Source of the DNA: Eledone cirrhosa
Lineage: Eukaryota
DNA length: 64,000 nt
Direction of reading: 5' to 3'
NCBI GenBank assembly: GCA_964016885.1
Contig: OZ024752.1
Span: forward strand, 29,450,001 to 29,514,000
The notes under the pieces were generated by a model, which saw only the letters and a list, made by a program, of their open reading frames with translations, did not search any database and was not told the origin of the DNA. This document shows, piece by piece, positions 27,334 to 41,206 of this stretch. A program made the translations under genes and the position numbers. Numbering within the stretch: the first letter of the stretch is position 1; every line of letters begins with the position of its first letter.

Positions 27334-29946
27334 TTTGCTAAGGTCTACCTATCACTGATTTCATTTGGACATTTCCATGAATTCTTTATATCAACTGTTA
27401 ATTGAAGGAAAGAAATGTGGCCCTTTAAAAACACGCCTGCGGCCCACACAAATGTTTTTACAGCATGAGCATGTTTTATCTTCGTGATATAAAATAAAAA
27501 AAATTAGTTGTAATGTGCACAATTAGTTGTCATGTGTGGCCCTCAGACAACACAATTGTGACCCATATGGCCCTCAGGAGACCCTCAGTTTGATATGCCT
27601 GCCTTAGAGAAAAGATGGAAGCTGGAGTTATGAAGCGCTTTCTCATAAGGAAATCAAGAGAAAAAATGCAGCAACTAATATATACTTCAAAATAAAATTA
27701 CAGATGATTGACTTGATACTGACAGAGTGGAGTTGTGTATAAAATACTTTCAATGAGTAATATGGGGGTTAGTTCTAATGTCCCTTTGAGTAATTGGGGT
27801 GTGGCATGGGGGAGGGGGAACTACTGAAGACTCAGTTTTCATGTGGGAGTTCATAAGAAAACTAAATTTGAATGGTTTGCTATTGCCTTTCCATAGGAGG
27901 ACTTGAACTTAGCAGAGTGTGTTAACAAAATATTCATCAATTTTACAATGAAGTTACTGCTTACAGCAGATAATTACATCAGGTCAAACTATTCATCTTC
28001 GATGTAGGTGAATTTGGCCATTAAGAGTTAACTATCTTGTTTAATGATACAATACAAACTGGCAGTAACTGGACATGGATGGCTGAACACTTGGCTAGCT
28101 GTTCAATATCCAATCAGTCTATCAGTATCCAGTTTTCTGAGGGATATCGAGAACCTAATTTGACTAATTGGTAGCCAGGAAATGGCAAGTTTATGGCAAA
28201 TAGATAAGGATGCACTGAGTGAAGTGGTCAGTCATATAAAGTCTGTTTGTAGAAGTAAATAAATAAGTAGAAAATAAACCTTTTGTGTTTATATTACTAA
28301 TAAGTGAACAACTGTCCATGTCTTTCAATTAATTCTCCATAAAATCAAGATTTTGGAGGAATTTAGCTTAATATTTATAACTTTATATATTGATTTTTAG
28401 TATCGATGTTATTGCTTGACCTCCAGGTCAGTTCTGTTTGGGTAGACTATAAAATTAATGACATTTCAGCCATGACCATCCCATCCAGACTACATACCCA
28501 ATATGTCTCTTCTTTTTTAAAGATAGCAAGGTGCAATTTCAGAGAGATTTAGCTGCTATTACTGGAAGGTTGGTGGAAGTGAATGGCTTAATGGTAAGGG
28601 TGCTGGACTTGCAATCATAATGCTGTGGGTTCAATTCCTGGACTGGGTTGTGTTGTGTTTTTGAGCAAAAACACTTCATTTCACATTGATATAGTATACT
28701 CAGCTGAAAATGAGTACCAGCAATAGCTGGAGGTTTAACCCTGCGTTGGACTAGTGTCCTGTTTGGGGGAGTCTTGTTCTCTCGGTCGCTTCATGTCATG
28801 GAAACTGGGATAAACACCGGCTTGATGAGCCCCCCGGGCTTGAGATAGACTTTAGACTGGACGGTTGAGTGACCACAGGAAAACACCTCATTATATTATG
28901 TTGGTGTTGACTCATGTTAATAATTTTAGATCAAATGTGAACACTTTAGTATGGGCAGTCACTGGTGGCTTGCTGTTGATATATTTATTAAAGAGACATA
29001 GCTCCTTTATAGAGGAAGGATTGCTTTTAATTGGAAAGAATATTCTAGTTGATTTATGACCAAAAATTTGGAGGAATTTAATAAAATAACAAAGTTTTTT
29101 ATTAGTAAGCTGATATTTAGAATATTGCATCACAAACATTTCTACAAGAAAATTATGATGAAACGTTTTAATATAGGGGTAAACATTTAGAAATGAGCAA
29201 TTTTGTATAATACAGGGTGTGGTTTCTAGCAGATTGGTGTCAAAAGGGTTAATTTAGAGATACATTTTGGTGTGGTTCAATGAAATGCATTGTTTTTTTT
29301 ATGAGTCTAGAAATACCTGAATCTTATGATGCCCCTTTCATACTAGGATTACAATTAGGGTTAGGATACTAGTCATGTGATGGTCCTGTCATAGTTTAAC
29401 TGATTAAAGTTTAGACTGTCATTACAACATATTTGTTTTCATTAAGAGTTTATCAAGGGAGAAAGCAAACTATAAAACAGTAGGGAAAGATTAGTTGATT
29501 GATTGAAAAATATATTTTCTGTAAACTTAACTAGAAATTAAACTTTATTGATTTGAACAGGAAGTGATGATGTTATGGGCATGTGATGTGTATGGGTGAA
29601 GAAGTGCCAAGAAATCCCAGTAGAAAGAAGCTGCTGTAGAGGGAGACCAAGGAAGACCTGGGCAGAGCTGTTATTTTTATTCACAGAGAGAACTGCCAGA
29701 AGCTTGCTGTTTCAAAGTCCCTGTTGCTGTCAAGTAGAAAGTTTATTGCAGTCAGGTAGAAATGTATCTAATTGGCTTGGTGCCTATCATTTAGTGGGTA
29801 TAAAATAATGAGAAAGATAAGACTAGCAAGATCCAACATCACTATAACTATTTCTCATAACATATGAAGTTATAAAAAAGAAATAAGAACTGAACATGGA
29901 ATAAATGCATCATATACTCCTGGAATGTTCTAACGTCTGTTTAACT

Positions 29947-31310
29947 GGTACATGTTTAGTATAGGTACATATTTAATACAGATACATGTTTAATGTAGGT
30001 ACATATTTCGTATAGGTAAATGTTTAGTATAGGTACATGTTTAGTATAGATATAGACATGATTAGTGTAGATTTTGAGATGATTATTATAGGTGTAGACA
30101 TGTTTTGTGTAGGTACATATTTAGTACAGGTACATATTAGTATAGGTACATGTTTAGTATAGGTACATATTAGTATACGTACATGTTTAGTATAGGTACA
30201 TGTTTAGTATAGGTACATATTTAGTATAGATACATATTTAGTATAGGTACATATTTAGTATAGGTACATATTAGTATAGGTACATATTAGTATAGGTACA
30301 TGTTTAGTATAGGTACATGTTTAGTATAGGTACATGTTTAGTGTAGGTACATATTTAGTATAGATACATATTTAGTATAGGTACATATTTAGTATAGATA
30401 CATATTTAGTATAGGTACATATTAGTATAGGTACATGTTTAGTATAGGTACATGTTTAGTATAGGTACATATTAGTATAGGTACATATTAGTATAGGTAC
30501 ATGTTTAGTATAGGTACATGTTTAGTATAGGTACATGTTTAGTGTAGGTACATATTTAGTATAGATACATATTTAGTATAGGTACATATTTAGTATAGAT
30601 ACATATTTAGTATAGGTACATATTAGTATAGGTACATATTAGTATAGGTACATGTTTAGTATAGGTACATGTTTAGTATAGGTACATGTTTAGTGTAGGT
30701 ACATATTTAGTATAGATACATATTTAGTATAGGTACATATTTAGTATAGGTACATATTAGTATAGGTACATGTTTAGTATAGGTACATGTTTAGTATAGG
30801 TACATATTAGTATAGGTACATATTAGTATAGGTACATGTTTAGTATAGGTACATGTTTAGTATAGGTACATGTTTAGTGTAGGTACATATTTAGTATAGA
30901 TACATATTTAGTATAGGTACATATTTAGTATAGATACATATTTAGTATAGGTACATATTAGTATAGGTACATGTTTAGTATAGGTACATGTTTAGTATAG
31001 GTACATATTAGTATAGGTACATGTTTAGTATAGGTACATATTAGTATAGGTACATATTAGTATAGGTACATGTTTAGTATAGGTACATATTAGTATAGGT
31101 ACATGTTTAGTATAGATACATATTAGTATAGGTATATATTAGTATAGGTACATGTTTAGTATAGATACATATTTAGTATAGGTACATATTTAGTATAGGT
31201 ACATGTTTAGTATAGGTACATATTTAGTATAGATACATATTTAGTATAGATACATATTTAGTATAGGTACATGTTTAGTATAGGTACATGTTTAGTATAG
31301 ATGTAGACAT
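29947..31310. repeat. 16/17-bp minisatellite
   Basis: ATAGGTACATRT(T)TAGT units, decayed at the left edge. Confidence 0.95.
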
Positions 31311-32105
31311 GTAGGTAAGGCAGATAAGTACATATCTTCAATAGAAGTGTAGAACAGAAAATAAGTTTAAAGAAATATATTTTCATATTGAAATAAAATA
31401 AAATAAAAACTCAAGAAATTTAGTTTTCTGATGTTTGGTTTATTTAAAATGTAAAATGATTTCCTGAGATAGTTTTACGATAATTTTCTTTTCTTTCTTT
31501 TTTTTTTTTTTTTGCAATTTAGCACAGGAATTAAAAGTGGGGAATGTTAGGTTTCTTCTTAGGTTTGACATTTGTTCTATTGCAACAACTCAATACTAAA
31601 ACAACAACAACAACAACAAAAACAAAAACAAACAACAACAAACAAATAACAAAACCAATTCACAAAACTGAAGCAGTTTCTTATAAAATCTATTTGTGTA
31701 TAAACTTGAAAGGTAAATTGATTATACAAAATAATATATGAAGTTAATAAATTAAGTATTTCATGTCTAAGGGGGATATCAAAATTGTCACTATATATAT
31801 ATATATAAAAAAAGAAGTTTTAAATTTCCCAATAGGAATAAACTTGCAAGAATTGCATTTGAATTAAACTTTTGCTGACTTCATATTTCATTATTAATAT
31901 TAAATAAATGTTTCCATACTGGCTAGGTTTTGAAAAAGAAAATATAGAAAATTAAATCAAAGTACTAATTCTATCAATCTGTAATAAAATAACTGATTCT
32001 ATCAATCACCAGTCTGGTGATAGTAAAATATTACAAAGTCATTGAATATATCAGATGACAGACGAGACTGATTTGGTGTTGGTTTGATTAGTTGTTGGAA
32101 AGTTA

Positions 32106-32139
<34 letters not shown>

Positions 32140-32149
32140 GTAATAATGG

Positions 32150-32985
32150 GTTCTTTTATAGGCACAAAGCCAGCAATTTTGGGGGAAGGGAAAGTCGATT
32201 AAATCGACCCCATTGCATGACTCGTACTTTATTTTATCGACCCCGTAAGGATGAAAGGTAAAGTTAACCTCGGCGGGATTTGAACTCAGATCATAAAGGG
32301 CCGTAACTCTATGTTGCAAAGCATGGTGTCCGACCCTCTACCGATACTGTCAATCCACCGCCCTTTTCATAATGATAATAATTGTTTTTACTTTTGGCAC
32401 AAGGCCAGCAATTACCCAGTGTATTACTGGTACTTTATTTTATCGACCCCGTAAGGATGAAAGGCAAAGTGAACCTCGGCGGGATTTGAACTCAGAATGG
32501 CAAGGGCCGTAACTCAATGCATCAAAGCATGGTGTCCGACCCTCTACCGATACTGCCAATCCACCGCCCTTTTCATAATGATAATAATAACAATGATAAA
32601 GTGTGAAATGATACAGTTGTAACTGTGTTAAGGAAGTAACGTGAACAATATGGTGTGTTTATTTTGTGACTTACCAATGTGTGCAGTGAGTTTCTCTGCC
32701 GTAGGGGTCAGGAAGACACCTACGGCAGAGAAATGGAAACAAAACTGAAGGAAAAGAAAAACTCAATAATAATAATAATAGTAATGATAATAATAATGTT
32801 TCAACTTTTGGCACAGGGCCAGCAATTACCCCAGTGCATTACTGGTGCTTTATTTTATCGACCCTGTAAGGATGAAAGGCAAAGTTAACCTCAGCGGATT
32901 TAAATTCAGAACGTAAAGGGCCATAACTCTATGCCGAAAAGCATGGTGTCTGACGATCTACTGATACTGCCAAACCACCACCCTT
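32150..32985 (-). mobile_element. Cluster of three SINEs of a second family (Meta-like central domain); more copies at 15280, 19700, 20125, 42950, 43165, 59840, 62265, 62500, 63530
   Basis: TGAGTTCAAATCCCGCCGAGGTTAACTTTGCCTTTCATCCTTACGGGGTCGATAAAATAAAGTACC. Confidence 0.85.
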
Positions 32986-33033
32986 ATTACAATAATAATA
33001 ATAATAATAATAAAAGTAATATATATATATATA

Positions 33034-33389
33034 TAGTGGAACCTTGGTTTACAAACACCTCTCATCATGAACAAATCAGTTCGCAAACAATTTTTCCAAA
33101 CACAAAACACCTCCAGTAATGAATGATGTCTCAAGTAACAAAAACACACAAGGCGGCAACAATAGTTGGCAACAAGTTTGGAGTATCAGCGGGAAAGCAT
33201 CACTTGCTGTGTAGTTAGTTACTATGGTGATATCTATCTGTCTTTCACATACAGTCTCTCTTTCTCTCTCTTTCTCACTGTGTTTCTTTCTCAACATTTT
33301 GTATGGGAAAAATTGATTTAGCTTACAAACATTTCGAGGGATAAATGACTTTCAGGAACGAATTAAGTTCCTGAACCAAGGTTACACTG
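33034..33389. mobile_element. Tigger-like MITE
   Basis: TIRs (C/T)AGTGGAACCTTGGTT / AACCAAGGTTACACTG. Confidence 0.7.
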
Positions 33390-34260
33390 AATGTATATAT
33401 ATATATATATATATAGTAATAATAATAAATTTGAAGACTAAAATCCAAAGAGGGCTCGATAAGGATAAATATATATCAGATATATAAGAACTGCAGTTTC
33501 AGAAGATCCCATTAAGGGTGAAAGCAGCGATTCTTTACTTAAACTTTAATCTGTTATTTTAATAAATATATATATATATATATGTAAGTATGTATGTATG
33601 TATGTATACATCATCATCATCATTTCATTTTATGTCCGCTTTTTCCCTGCTTGCAAGGGTGGGACGGGAACTGATTCTGGCTTGATTTCTACAGCTGGAT
33701 GCCCTTCCTAACACTAACCTCATTTACAGTGAGTGCTGGATGCTTTTTTGCCGTGGCACCTCCACGACCACTTTGCAGTGGAATGATATCGACCCCAGTC
33801 CCTATCATCTCATTTCTACAGCTGAGTAAACTGGAGCAATGTTAAATAAAGAGTCTTGCTCAAGGAAACAACACATCACCCGGTCTGAGAATTGAACTCA
33901 CAACCTTTTGATTGCAAGACCAATGCTCTAACCACTAAGCCATGTGCCTCCATATACATACATATATGTATACAGACGCACAGTAGTATGTATATATATA
34001 CATACATGCACACATATATATATGCACGTATCGGTTTACCGAACATTTACAAACAAACCGAGCATTATAATAAATGTTCGGTAAACCGATACGTGCATAT
34101 ATATATATGTGTACATGTATGTATATATATATATACTACTGTACGTCTGTATACATATATGTATGTACGTATACATACATACATACTTACATTTAAGTAA
34201 CTGCCATACTACGAGTGAGAAATGAAATTTCGTTTCATTCTATTCCATTTATATATATAC

Positions 34261-34292
<32 letters not shown>

Positions 34293-34612
34293 TTGTAGAA
34301 TAATGGGAGAAATATCCCATTATTCTATGAATTCTAATATACCTGTGCTTCAAATTTAATATTCGTGATAACTTTGTTTTTATATATATATATATATCAG
34401 AGAGGGTGTGGTAAGATACCAGGTGGACCATAACCCACCAGAGTACTCAATACTTGGGGTAGTAGAGTGGGTTATACGAAAAGATTCAGGGCCCTGACGG
34501 CTGAGCTCCGGCCGTTTCGACAGCTGTCAAAATGGCCGGTGCTCAGCTGTTGGGGTCCTGAATGTTTTCATATATAGGTATAGTTATTTAATAAACAACA
34601 TAAGATAATTAA

Positions 34613-34683
34613 TTCATTTACCAAAGGTTTCACAAAGACAGACGAGCTTGGCACATACGTCTGCCTTCAATTGTCAGAATGAA
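34613..34683 (-). ncRNA. Hammerhead ribozyme, family C, core mutated (CTGACAA)
   Basis: TTCATT-CTGACAA-long stem II-GAAAC-CTTTG-GTA|AATGAA; homologous to 56201-56264. Confidence 0.65.
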
Positions 34684-34750
34684 ATGAGCACTCTCTTTTC
34701 CTTTACCTTTCCTACACTTCAATTATATATATATATATTTATAACACTTC

Positions 34751-34804
<54 letters not shown>

Positions 34805-35596
34805 ATAATAATAATAATGAGTATAACCAAAGTTGCAGCCGCACTATAGCAGATGCTCATTGAATTATATATGTGTGCGTGTGTTTAATGATAAGGGAGT
34901 GCTGCTTGCAGCTATGATTTATTTCTCTTATCATGCATCTTTCCATTTGAACAGAATAACAATGAGAAGAACAGCTTTCAAATGTCTCCGAGAAGAAAAT
35001 TTTAGTTAGTTTCCAAATTTATGTTAGTAAAATAATAATTATTTAATGAAAACAAAATATTTGATTTTACATTAGTTTGCATTAGTAGAAACAATGAAGT
35101 ACTTGGTTTATTAGTGTGAAGAAAAGGATGTGGTTAAAATGTCTCAGGAATGAATCTCTGGACAGATTTTACAGGCAAAACCAACTGGCAGGAGACCCAG
35201 GGTAGACTGCCGAGCAAGATAGTTGGTTAACATCCATGAGCTAGGCTGGTCATGCTTGGAGATCCAACTGGATCATTTGGAAACGGTTGTTTCTGACAGG
35301 AAAAGCTGGAAGTAGTGTTTGAGATTCTGACCCCACGACCTTCTCAGGAATAAGTGGGCAAAGAAGAAGAAGAAGAAGAGAAGATGATGATGATGATGAT
35401 GATGAGGATGATGATGAGGAGAAGGATATGTACCTGTAATTGTTTGTTGTAAGTCATTTTAGTTGATATTAAAATGTTCATTGGTTAATGTTAGTAGAAT
35501 TAATATTTTAAATTTGATTGGCTGCATGTTTGTGGGAAAAATATGGAACTTGTAGTGAAAATATAACATAGGAAGAGGAGGATTTAATATGGAGTT

Positions 35597-37895
35597 GAGA
35601 AGGGTGACTCAGTGGTGATAAAGAGATGGACAAAGGGTTAAAGGGTTTTATGGGAGAATATAGTAGTTAGGTATTTGTATGACATTATAGAAGAGAAGGG
35701 GTGACTCAGTGGTGATAAAGAGATGGACAAAGGGTTAAAGGGTTTTATGGGAGAATATAGTAGTTAGGTATTTGTATGACATTATAGAAGAGAAGGGGTG
35801 ACTCAGTGGTGATAAAGAGATGGACAAAGGGTTAAAGGGTTTTATGGGAGAATATAGTAGTTAGGTATTTGTATGACATTATAGAAGAGAAGGGGTGACT
35901 CAGTGGTGATAAAGAGATGGACAAAGGGTTAAAGGGTTTTATGGGAGAATATAGTAGTTAGGTATTTGTATGACATTATAGAAGAGAAGAGGGTGACTCA
36001 GTGGTGATAAAGAGAGGGTTAAAGGGTTTTATGGGAGAATATAGTAGTTAGGTATTTGTATGACATTATAGAAGAGAAGGGGTGACTCAGTGGTGATAAA
36101 GAGATGGACAAAGGGTTAAAGGGTTTTATGGGAGAATATAGTAGCTAGGTATTTGTATGACATTATAGAAGAGAAAGGGTGACTCAGTGGTGATAAAGAG
36201 ATGGACAAAGGGTTAAAGGGTTTTATGGGAGAATATAGTAGTTAGGTATTTGTATGACATTATAGAAGAGAAGGGGTGACTCAGTGGTGATAAAGAGATG
36301 GACAAAGGGTTAAAGGGTTTTATGGGAGAATATAGTAGCTAGGTATTTGTATGACATTATAGAAGAGAAGGGGTGACTCAGTGGTGATAAAGAGATGGAC
36401 AAAGGGTTAAAGGGTTTTATGGGAGAATATAGTAGTTAGGTATTTGTATGACATTATAGAAGAGAAGAGGGTGACTCAGTGGTGATAAAGAGATGGACAA
36501 AGGGTTAAAGGGTTTTATGGGAGAATATAGTAGTTAGGTATTTGTATGACATTATAGAAGAGAAGGGGTGACTCAGTGGTGATAAAAAGATGGACAAAGG
36601 GTTAAAGGGTTTTATGGGAGAATATAGTAGTTAGGTATTTGTATGACATTATAGAAGAGAAGAGGGTGACTCAGTGGTGATAAAGAGATGGACAAAGGGT
36701 TAAAGGGTTTTATGGGAGAATATAGTAGTTAGGTATTTGTATGACATTATAGAAGAGAAGGGGTGACTCAGTGGTGATAAAAAGATGGACAAAGGGTTAA
36801 AGGGTTTTATGGGAGAATATAGTAGTTAGGTATTTGTATGACATTATAGAAGAGAAGGGGTGACTCAGTGGTGATAAAGAGATGGACAAAGGGTTAAAGG
36901 GTTTTATGGGAGAATATAGTAGTTAGGTATTTGTATGACATTATAGAAGAGAAGAGGGTGACTCAGTGGTGATAAAGAGAGGGTTAAAGGGTTTTATGGG
37001 AGAATATAGTAGTTAGGTATTTGTATGACATTATAGAAGAGAAGGGGTGACTCAGTGGTGATAAAAAGATGGACAAAGGGTTAAAGGGTTTTATGGGAGA
37101 ATATAGTAGTTAGGTATTTGTATGACATTATAGAAGAGAAGGGGTGACTCAGTGGTGATAAAGAGATGGACAAAGGGTTAAAGGGTTTTATGGGAGAATA
37201 TAGTAGTTAGGTATTTGTATGACATTATAGAAGAGAAGGGGTGACTCAGTGGTGATAAAGAGATGGACAAAGGGGTAAAGGGTTTTATGGGAGAATATAG
37301 TAGTTAGGTATTTGTATGACATTATAGAAGAGAAGGGGTGACTCAGTGGTGATAAAGAGATGGACAAAGGGTTAAAGGGTTTTATGGGAGAATATAGTAG
37401 CTAGGTATTTGTATGACATTATAGAAGAGAAGGGGTGACTCAGTGGTGATAAAGAGATGGACAAAGGGTTAAAGGGTTTTATGGGAGAATATAGTAGTTA
37501 GGTATTTGTATGACATTATAGAAGAGAAGGGGTGACTCAGTGGTGATAAAGAGATGGACAAAGGGTTAAAGGGTTTTATGGGAGAATATAGTAGTTAGGT
37601 ATTTGTATGACATTATAGAAGAGAAGGGGTGACTCAGTGGTGATAAAGAGATGGACAAAGGGTTAAAGGGTTTTATGGGAGAATATAGTAGTTAGGTATT
37701 TGTATGACATTATAGAAGAGAAAGGGTGACTCAGTAGTGATAAGGAGATGGACGAAGGGTTTTATGGGAGAATATAATAGTTGGGTATTTGTAGGACATT
37801 ATAGAAGAGAAGGGGTGACTCAGTAGTGATAAGGAGATGGACGAAGGGTTTTATGGGAGAATATAATAGTTGGGTATTTGTAGGACATTATAGAA
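35597..37895. repeat. 97-bp minisatellite (~24 units)
   Basis: GTGACTCAGTGGTGATAAAGAGATGGACAAAGGGTTAAAGGGTTTTATGGGAGAATATAGTAGTTAGGTATTTGTATGACATTATAGAAGAGAAGGG. Confidence 0.97.
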
Positions 37896-39932
37896 TGTGT
37901 TCTAGAAGCAGGAGTAAAAACTGTGTGAGGTGTTATGGAATGAAGAATTGTCTATCAAAATTATAACTTCCCAATGGAAATACTTTAAAACAATTTTCTC
38001 TAATATATTGTTTGCCTCGTGGTCCTGGGTGAGAGGATGGAGAAGACACTGCCTCAGAGGATGGCGAGGGTGAAGCACTGGAACTCATTGTCCTAGCTGA
38101 CAGGATAGAGAATACATTGCCCTGAAGGACAGCGAGGGTGAAGCACTGGAACATCTACTCAACCTCTTGGTCCTGGCTGACAGGATGAAGAATACATTGC
38201 CCAGAAGGACTGTGAGGGAGACATGCTTCAAGAGCCCCCCCCCCCCCCCCCCCCTCGCAGGGCTCACACCTGCAGGCAGCCAACTCTGCTTCAATAGTAG
38301 TGAGCAGGAATGTGGCCTGGGGGCCAAGAATGCCATAAGTTTCCACTGTTTCAAGGTCTACCACAAACCTATTAGAGAACAGCGGATACTTGGAGAACTT
38401 GCCCTCTTTGGCCTGGGATGCAGCAAAAATATGTTTGTGTTTGTGTGTGTGTTAAATACATTGTTTTAGATGTGTGACCACTATTCCATTTTAGTGTATA
38501 TATGTATGTGTCTGTGTGTTTAATACATTGTTTTAGATGTGTGATCAGTACCCTATTGTAAGTGTGTATATATGTATGAGTGTATGTGTGTGTGTGAGTG
38601 TTTAATACATTGTTTTAGATGTGTGATCAGAACTCCATAGTAAATGTGTGTGTGTTTAATACATTGTTTTATGTGTGTGACCTGTAGTTCATTGTACTTC
38701 ATGTATGTGCTCTGTAAAATATAAACAGTTTTTCAAGGCAGAAGAGGAAGTGTATGATTGTTTATCAAACTGCAAGATTCTCTTTGGATGTAGTTTATAA
38801 TGTGAGTGTTTGTTTACCAAATATATTGTTTTAGTATTCCACTACAGTACATACTGTATATGTTACCTTGTAAAGGAGAAATAGTTATTTAAGGCTGACG
38901 TCTTTTACTGGGTTAACTAAGCTCACAACATTTTAAAAAGCAGTCATGTCTATACACAAAATATGTGTGTAGATATATACTATACACAATATACTATACA
39001 TAAATTGTGTGTAGAGGTAACTACTATATACAAAATATGTGTGTAGAGGTATATACTATACACAAACTCTGTGTGTAGAGAGAGAGGAGGTATCTATTAC
39101 ACAAACTGTGTGTGTGTAGAGAGAGGAGGTATCTATTACACAAACTGTGTGTATGTGTGTATGTAGAGGTATTTACTACACAAAAACTTTGTGTGTATGT
39201 GGTGTATGTAGAGGTATCTAGCAGAAGATGTTAGAAGTTGTTAAGTCTTTCATTGACATTTAATTCAGTGATAGTTGATAGTTTAAACTGTGTTTTATTC
39301 ACTAAGGAAGAAGACACCATATTACGATTTTATAAGATTTTATTGTTGTTTTAACTTTGGTAACTTGGCATAAAACTAAGCCTCTAAGTTTTCATGCCAG
39401 AATATTTTTGAGTCTTACATTCTTAGAGTGTATGAAGCTTCATATATTAATACTACCTGGTAGGGATAAATCTTGGGCGCATGAGAATTAAAGGACAGGA
39501 GAAGTGTATGGATGATTGTATGATCTTGTATAACAGTGTAAGAAGCTGGAGGTAACCTTGGAGTGTATTGTCAATAAGGGAATGTTAGATAGGTTAGAAA
39601 ACACTGAGATACACCCAGTTCAATAAAATAGAGTGTTAACATGGTCTGTAATAGAATGGTTTGTCAGGAAACTTTTTATTTCAGATGGTTAATGCCAAGT
39701 AGAGCCATTAGCTTTATCAGAATATATTCTTATGCTGGTAATGACCTTATCATACCTGACAGCTGTTAGATGAGAATTAATAGTGAATAGAATCATCTAT
39801 AAAAGAAAGAATTCAGATAGAAGACTCATTGTGTGTGATTCATGTTAGAGGAAATGGATTAAATATCAAACCAGTCTTTTTTTAAATATATATATATATA
39901 TATATATATATGAATATATATATGTATGTATG

Positions 39933-39964
<32 letters not shown>

Positions 39965-40070
39965 GAGATTATAGTGTAATAGTTCACTATTTTCATTGGT
40001 AACATGAGTTAAGCTCTATGAACATTTTTACTCTTTGTTCTTCAGGAGCGAATACTTATAGAAGCAGAAC

Positions 40071-40775
40071 ATTTATAATTCAAAATTTGATAAGTATTAT
40101 TTATAATTCAAAATTTGATAAGTATTATTTATAATTCAAAATTTGATTAGTATTATTTCTAATTCAAAATTTGATTAGTATTATTTATAATTCAAAATTT
40201 GATTAGTATTATTTATAATTCAAAATTTGATTGGTATTATTTATAATTCAAAATTTGATTAGTATTATTTATAATTCAAAATTTGATTAGTATTATTTAT
40301 AATTCAAAATTTGATTAGTATTATTTATAATTCAAAATTTGATTGGTATTATTTATAATTCAAAATTTGATTAGTATTATTTATAATTCAAAATTTGATT
40401 AGTATTATTTATAATTCAAAATTTGATTAGTATTATTTATAATTCAAAATTTGATAAGTATTATTTATAATTCAAAATTTGATTGGTATTATTTATAATT
40501 CAAAATTTGATTAGTATTATTTATAATTCAAAATTTGATTGGTATTATTTATAATTCAAAATTTGATTGGTATTATTTATAATTCAAAATTTGATTAGTA
40601 TTATTTATAATTCAAAATTTGATAAGTATTATTTATAATTCAAAATTTGATAAGTATTATTTATAATTCAAAATTTGATTAGTATTATTTATAATTCAAA
40701 ATTTGATTAGTATTATTTATAATTCAAAATTTGATAAGTATTATTTATAATTCAAAATTTGATTAGTAGTATTTA
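40071..40775. repeat. 28-bp AT-rich minisatellite (~25 units)
   Basis: TTTATAATTCAAAATTTGATWRGTATTA. Confidence 0.97.
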
Positions 40776-41131
40776 TTTATACATCTAGATGTATAAGTAA
40801 ATAATAATATTAACCCTTGGTCTTATCGAATTTTGAATCATATATATATATATATATATATATATGTTAAGTATTTCCTTGGAAAAGGTAAAGGAAAGAA
40901 GAGTGCTCTATGTATAGTACAGGGCTATTTAATTATGTATATATATATATATATATAAACATACACTCACATATAAATATATATTTATATATGTATATAC
41001 ATATATATATATCTATGGTTTTACTCAAAGGATGCTGATTATTGATGAAGTTGGCAATCCAAAGAATGGAATGGATTATGTTGGAATGTATATATTGGAT
41101 CACTTTGTTTGTTGACAACATAGCTGAATAA

Positions 41132-41206
41132 TCAACAGTGTTTTTCTAGACTTCTCAATTCAATTATACTAAACAACCCTTTCTTCACATCAGGATCAAT
41201 ATGTCC
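41132..41206 (-). CDS. Terminal coding exon of a UACA/RAI14/ANKRD24-family gene
   Basis: tttttag|GHIDPDVKKGLFSIIELRSLEKHC*; resembles the UACA C-terminus GHMDEDVQEALLQIIQMR..C. Confidence 0.88.
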   Translation of the reverse strand, partial: GHIDPDVKKGLFSIIELRSLEKHC

